A DNA stretch of 58,007 bases, the filler included, from Platydemus manokwari (Eukaryota): assembly GCA_037951405.1 (NCBI GenBank). It is 4 parts of 4 records of this genome, joined end to end, with 100 filler letters (N's around TTAATTAATTAA, not from the genome) between each part and the next. Parts side by side here need not be neighbours in the genome. Positions count along the whole stretch, not along the records: positions 48,822 to 58,007 come from JBBMOY011286317.1; 3 more parts are not named here. One strand, 5' to 3'. Both the position numbers and the translations under genes were made by a program. How positions within the stretch are numbered: the stretch's first letter is position 1; the number at the start of each line of letters is the position of its first letter. Of the stretch, positions 53,682 through 58,007 are shown one piece after another. The notes under the pieces were generated by a model. It ran no database searches, was not told the DNA's origin, and saw only the letters and a list, made by a program, of their open reading frames with translations.

Positions 53682-56619
53682 TTAACTTTCTTCTGAATTT
53701 GTTAACATCGGGATTTCATCATCATTTGTTGTTGATATTCGGTTGTATTTATTGATTTTGCTATGTCTTATTCCATATCCAAAATAAAGAACGAAACCTG
53801 AAATTACGAAAATTCATTGATACATTAATAATAATCTTTGGTGCCTAATAAATTTATTGAAATACATAAATTTTAATATGTATTTATATAATACGTCTTG
53901 TGATTTCCAGTCGTGAATTTGACACAATCGCATATATAAATAAAATCAAAGAGTCTAGTTGGAAAAGGTTAGAACCACTCTAATCATATTGAACAAGTTT
54001 TGTTCCATGTCATATTACGGTCAAACCAGTTCATTTTTATTCGCAAAACCATTTCCAAGTCCATAGATTTTTGCAATATGTCGGTAATGAAAATTATCTT
54101 TGGATTTTTAATATTTTAAATTAATAGCATTCCCGATCAATTCTTCCGATTCCGAAAGATCAGCTGGACTCATTAGAAATTAAGGTGCAGTACTTTTAAA
54201 AAATCAGATTTATTAAAATTTTTATAAACTACAGACTCGTTGAAGTCTTTATGATTTTAAATTATAGTACCACATCCGTCGGGAAGTAACTACAAAGTCT
54301 ATTTTATTTCAAAATTTTCAAATAACAGAATTCAAAACATAGTACTTGTTAGATGGGGCTAATAAAACAGTAATATCTAATACATAAACTTCATATTACT
54401 GAGAGAAGCTTAATATTAGAAAAACATGGATGAAGAGTTACATTTCTTTTCTTAAGATTGTACCAAGGTAAATTTGATAGGAATTGGAAATTTTTGACTT
54501 TTAAATTTAATTAGATCTGACATGAATTTTGAATTAAATTTTACAGATAAACAATTCTAATGTCAATTCTAATACCACTATAGAATTTTGACAATTCGAT
54601 TTTGGGAAAAGAAAAACACGGTTATTCTCAAAAATCTTTTTCTTTAATTCATAAATAGATAAACATAAATAAATAAAATCGGGAAGATTTGTGAAAATAA
54701 CCGATATTTGTCTTTTTCGAAAATAAAATTGTAAAACATTCAATTTAGTATTGCAATTGAAAATACATGCTTATCGCGACAATTTAATTCGTACCCGTTA
54801 TGAAGCAATAAAAATGTGGAAATATAATTTATAATCATTGAAATCCGAGAAAATTAATTTTGTGCCAAAATTGGACAAAATGAAGTTAATTGTCTGATTC
54901 AGACATTTATTTTTCAGTCACAAATTTCAAAATCATATTTATAATGGCAATTCTGAAATATGAAACTCCTCAATAACTCCATTAAGATTCCATTCAGTAT
55001 AATTAGTCAATGTTAAGTATATAAAAATTATTTTTTTATAGATTTTTATTATTGATTATTCAATAAACATAATTTATTTTATTTTATCATTGCTTATATA
55101 TCTAAGGAAATTAATAAGAAAGTATTCATGTTATTTATAAAAAAGTTATATACGATGACAACAAGACTCAAAAATATTTCAAATATATTTTCATTGAACT
55201 CAAAGACAATGGGAATAATTTCAGCTTTATTATATTTTAGATTGTAAAAATGAGATAGACGTGAGAAAGTTTAAAATGACTTAAATTTAAAAAAAATTAA
55301 TTCAAATTTTTTATAAGATTATATAATTTTTGTTTAAAATTGTATTTAACTATAAATTCAGAGAAGATCAATGACTGAAAATTATGGTTGAAAAGAAAGA
55401 TGATATTGAGAATGTATAGAGAAGATATAAAGATAATATAAAAGATATAAATAAGACAGAAGAATTAGAGATTTTTATGGAGATAAATGTGTAAAGTATT
55501 CGATCCAAAGTCAATTAGGAATATAAAGAAAATCAAAGATTTTAAATCAAGGGGAATGTGAGAATTTTTAAATGTATTAAATTTTTTAAAAAAAAGGTTT
55601 TATATGTATATGTATATTATATTAATTTCTATATTATTATCAGTCAGATTTCAATGCGTGTTATATAAAATAGTACTAGCTTACAATCCACCTACACGAT
55701 AACATTCTCAATATAATAAAATTTAAGAAGCCACTTCATTTTAATATTGATTTTATTAATATTATACAATTTCCGTGCGATTTTCTTTTATCAATTTACA
55801 TTTAAAAGAGATACAAAGAATTTTTAAAAAATATAATGTAAATCCAGTCTCATCAAATTATAAATTAGCAAAACTTATTAAATTTTGATAATATTAATTT
55901 AGATATCATACGTGTTATGAATATTTGTTATAGGGATGATTAGTAATCTCAACAACTAGTAATCTGATACGCTTATTTTCTCGTTTTTTCTACTCACCAG
56001 CATCTGATAGACTCAAGTCTATGATTTCATAAATCACTGATTGGTTGATTCGAACCCACTATCACTTTACACTAATTAGCTGTTACATATTCTTTAATAT
56101 TTTGGTTTCATATCACCTTATCACACACACACATATATATATATATATAATATTGATTAAGTAATAATGAAAGAAAATACTTACCAATGGCTAACCAAAC
56201 TGAAAATCTAGTCCACGTTAAATACGAAAGACGTACCATGAGGATTATGTTGCATATGATAGCACAACTTGGTAATAATGGAACTAACGGGACTTTAAAA
56301 TGAAGTTTGTCAAGTGATGACTGATCTTGTGGTTGCAACATCAAATACAATATACAAATGAAAAGTGCTAAAATAAACAAATCAACATTGAAAGTAGATT
56401 AAAAAATGAAAAATTTACCAAACAATAAAGTTGAAAGTAAAACAATCATAAATGCATTACGATTTATCAATAAATGCTCTCCGAATAGTGCAGCACAGGC
56501 AAAACAAAATGATAAAATCCACAAAGATATGATGGCTATAATGACGTTCCTGAATTGGTGATTCGTGTGAGTGGTTGCGTCTGTGATATTTGCTGGTATT
56601 TTGTCGCCGTTCAAATGAT
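53682..56619 (-). CDS. Cationic amino-acid transporter family (SLC7A4/CAT-like), last three exons (5' partial)
   Basis: Exons 56619-56419, 56367-56185 and 53797-53682. The joined sequence [51 protein letters not shown] is the CAT C-terminal (AA_permease_C) signature. Confidence 0.9.
55260..55590 (+). mobile_element. Second, eroded copy of the TRIM family at 25.5 kb (in SLC7 intron)
   Basis: Shares TCAATGACTGAAAATTAT, ATATTGAGAA, GAAGATATAA, AGAAGAATTAGAG, GTATTCGAT and AAGATTTTAAA..GGG.ATGTGAGA..TTTTAAATG with 25632-25895; an LTR-start-like GTGAGAAAGTTTAAAATGACTTAAATTT lies at 55261. Confidence 0.75.
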
Positions 56620-57603
56620 CTTAATAGATTATAAAAATTGGAGTTGGCGTCAAATTAATTTTTTCAAAATATAACTAAATGACTAGACTTTTGTCTGAGA
56701 AATTTTCTCCACACTTACTTATATCAAAGTAATGGTTTATAACGAATTATTTACATAAATATGACGTGTGATGAAAATATAAATTCAAAGTGCATCGGAT
56801 TCGTTAATCTAATTATCAGACATTTAAAGAACCTTATCAAGGTATCGATAATTTGAAACTCATAACAGACGGTAAATTGATCGATAATATATGAGTATAT
56901 CTCAAAGAGTGCTCACGAAAAATTGTTTTTTCTGCTATGAAAAAAAAACTAATAACGAAAACTAACATTAATATGAACACTTCAAAACGCGGTGGCACAA
57001 ATCCTTAGATCGTCTTATTAGATATTATGAGCATGTTTTGCAGTGTTCTACGCTGTTGAGAGAAGATATTTGATAGCTTTTCAGGATCTAATGAACATTT
57101 TAAAGTTGGTAGTGTTGTTGTTTTTCGGGTTTTATTTTGATTTTTTGCAATCGGTATTGATGAATTAGATCTGATCGTTATATTTCGAACGATAAAATCT
57201 ACAAAGGCTCTTAACACTAAAAATTTATACAACACCATTTATTTAACTTAATAGAAAAATAATGTCTAAGTATAAATCCTCATATATTCAATGGATTGAT
57301 GACGATAAAGTGATAAAAACCCGTTATCAAATTTTGAAAATCAATTTTTATCTTTTCAATTTAGATATATTTTATAAAATAAAAATTACTTGTTGAGATG
57401 CAGTCAATTTCATTCGGCAATACCAGCTTGATCGATGAAGAACTAAAAAGTAGAAACATTTTTAAATGAAGTTCAGCTAAAGAGATTGTAAACTAATGAA
57501 TTTTCGTTTTATCAGTCAAATTGTAATGTGATTTAGGAAAGCGAAATTGTAACTGCTAAATATCATGTATTCCAGTACATATTTATAAATTATTTATTTA
57601 TAC

Positions 57604-57874
57604 CAGTGTTCTTCAAAACAGGGGACGTGACCCACCTGGGGGCACGAAAAAATTTTTAGGGGTCGCGAAAAAATTCAAAATTATAGTAAACTACTCATAA
57701 GAAAATATTGTTTAAATATGAGAAGCATAATTTTAAATAATTTTTTATACAATTATTCTTTTATTTTATTGATATTATTAGGCGACAAAATAATTTTTAT
57801 TTTAGTCCCTAGTGGTCGCGAAAAAATCTGGACACGCAAAGTGAATCGCAATACAAAAAATGTGAAGACCACTG
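57604..57874. mobile_element. hAT (Buster/Charlie-type) MITE, 271 bp
   Basis: TIRs CAGTGTTCTTCA / TGAAGACCACTG; perfect 8-bp TSD ATTTATAC (57596-57603, 57875-57882) with central TA; repeated subterminal GGTCGCGAAAAAA motifs. Confidence 0.93.
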
Positions 57875-57919
57875 ATTTATACAATCCGTGACATAGATTG
57901 AATAATACTTTCATACTAG

Positions 57920-57922
<3 letters not shown>

Positions 57923-57964
<42 letters not shown>

Positions 57965-58007
57965 GCTATTATTATTATTATTATTATTATTGCTATTATT
58001 ATTATTA
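57923..58007. repeat. (TAT)n microsatellite with TGC interruptions
   Basis: Runs to the window end. Confidence 0.95.

Noticed and set aside
10857-56619. Apparent cluster of transporters and channels (SLC18 x2, ABCA, SLC16, TMEM38, SLC7)
   Set aside because: The genes lie on four contigs joined by artificial spacers, so linkage is unproven.
1-58007. Many 60-100 aa I/F/L/K/N-rich ORFs, antisense ORFs, and CRISPR or other prokaryotic systems
   Set aside because: Such ORFs are expected by chance in AT-rich DNA or shadow real exons. No repeat-spacer arrays, operons, rRNA or full tRNA genes were seen.

Overview
AT-rich eukaryotic (animal) genomic DNA with many ~42-55 nt GT-AG introns. This fits a triclad flatworm-like genome, but that assignment is inference. 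The window is not one contiguous locus: four contigs are joined by artificial 100-nt N44-TTAATTAATTAA-N44 spacers at 26284, 38650 and 48722. Contig 1 holds a 10-exon C2H2 zinc-finger/AT-hook gene, an internally deleted Ty3/Gypsy element, and two intronless, highly divergent SLC18 (VAChT/VMAT-like) transporter genes 8973 bp apart. It also holds a decayed RLE-type non-LTR retrotransposon, a PIF1-like helicase relic and a TRIM. Later contigs hold partial genes (ABCA exon, PDE7-like, SLC16, TMEM38, SLC7A4-like) and further transposable-element (TE) relics, including a hAT/Buster MITE with a perfect target-site duplication (TSD). The best leads are: (1) the SLC18 pair, which has lost three of the four conserved membrane acidic residues and shows a sharp homogenised tract that spares luminal loop 1; (2) an apparently circularly permuted RLE retrotransposon; (3) the PIF1-like relic with a strand-skew switch; (4) a PDE7-like tail carrying repeated RRxSxP motifs. 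All alignments were done by eye. No clearly new biological system can be proven from sequence alone.
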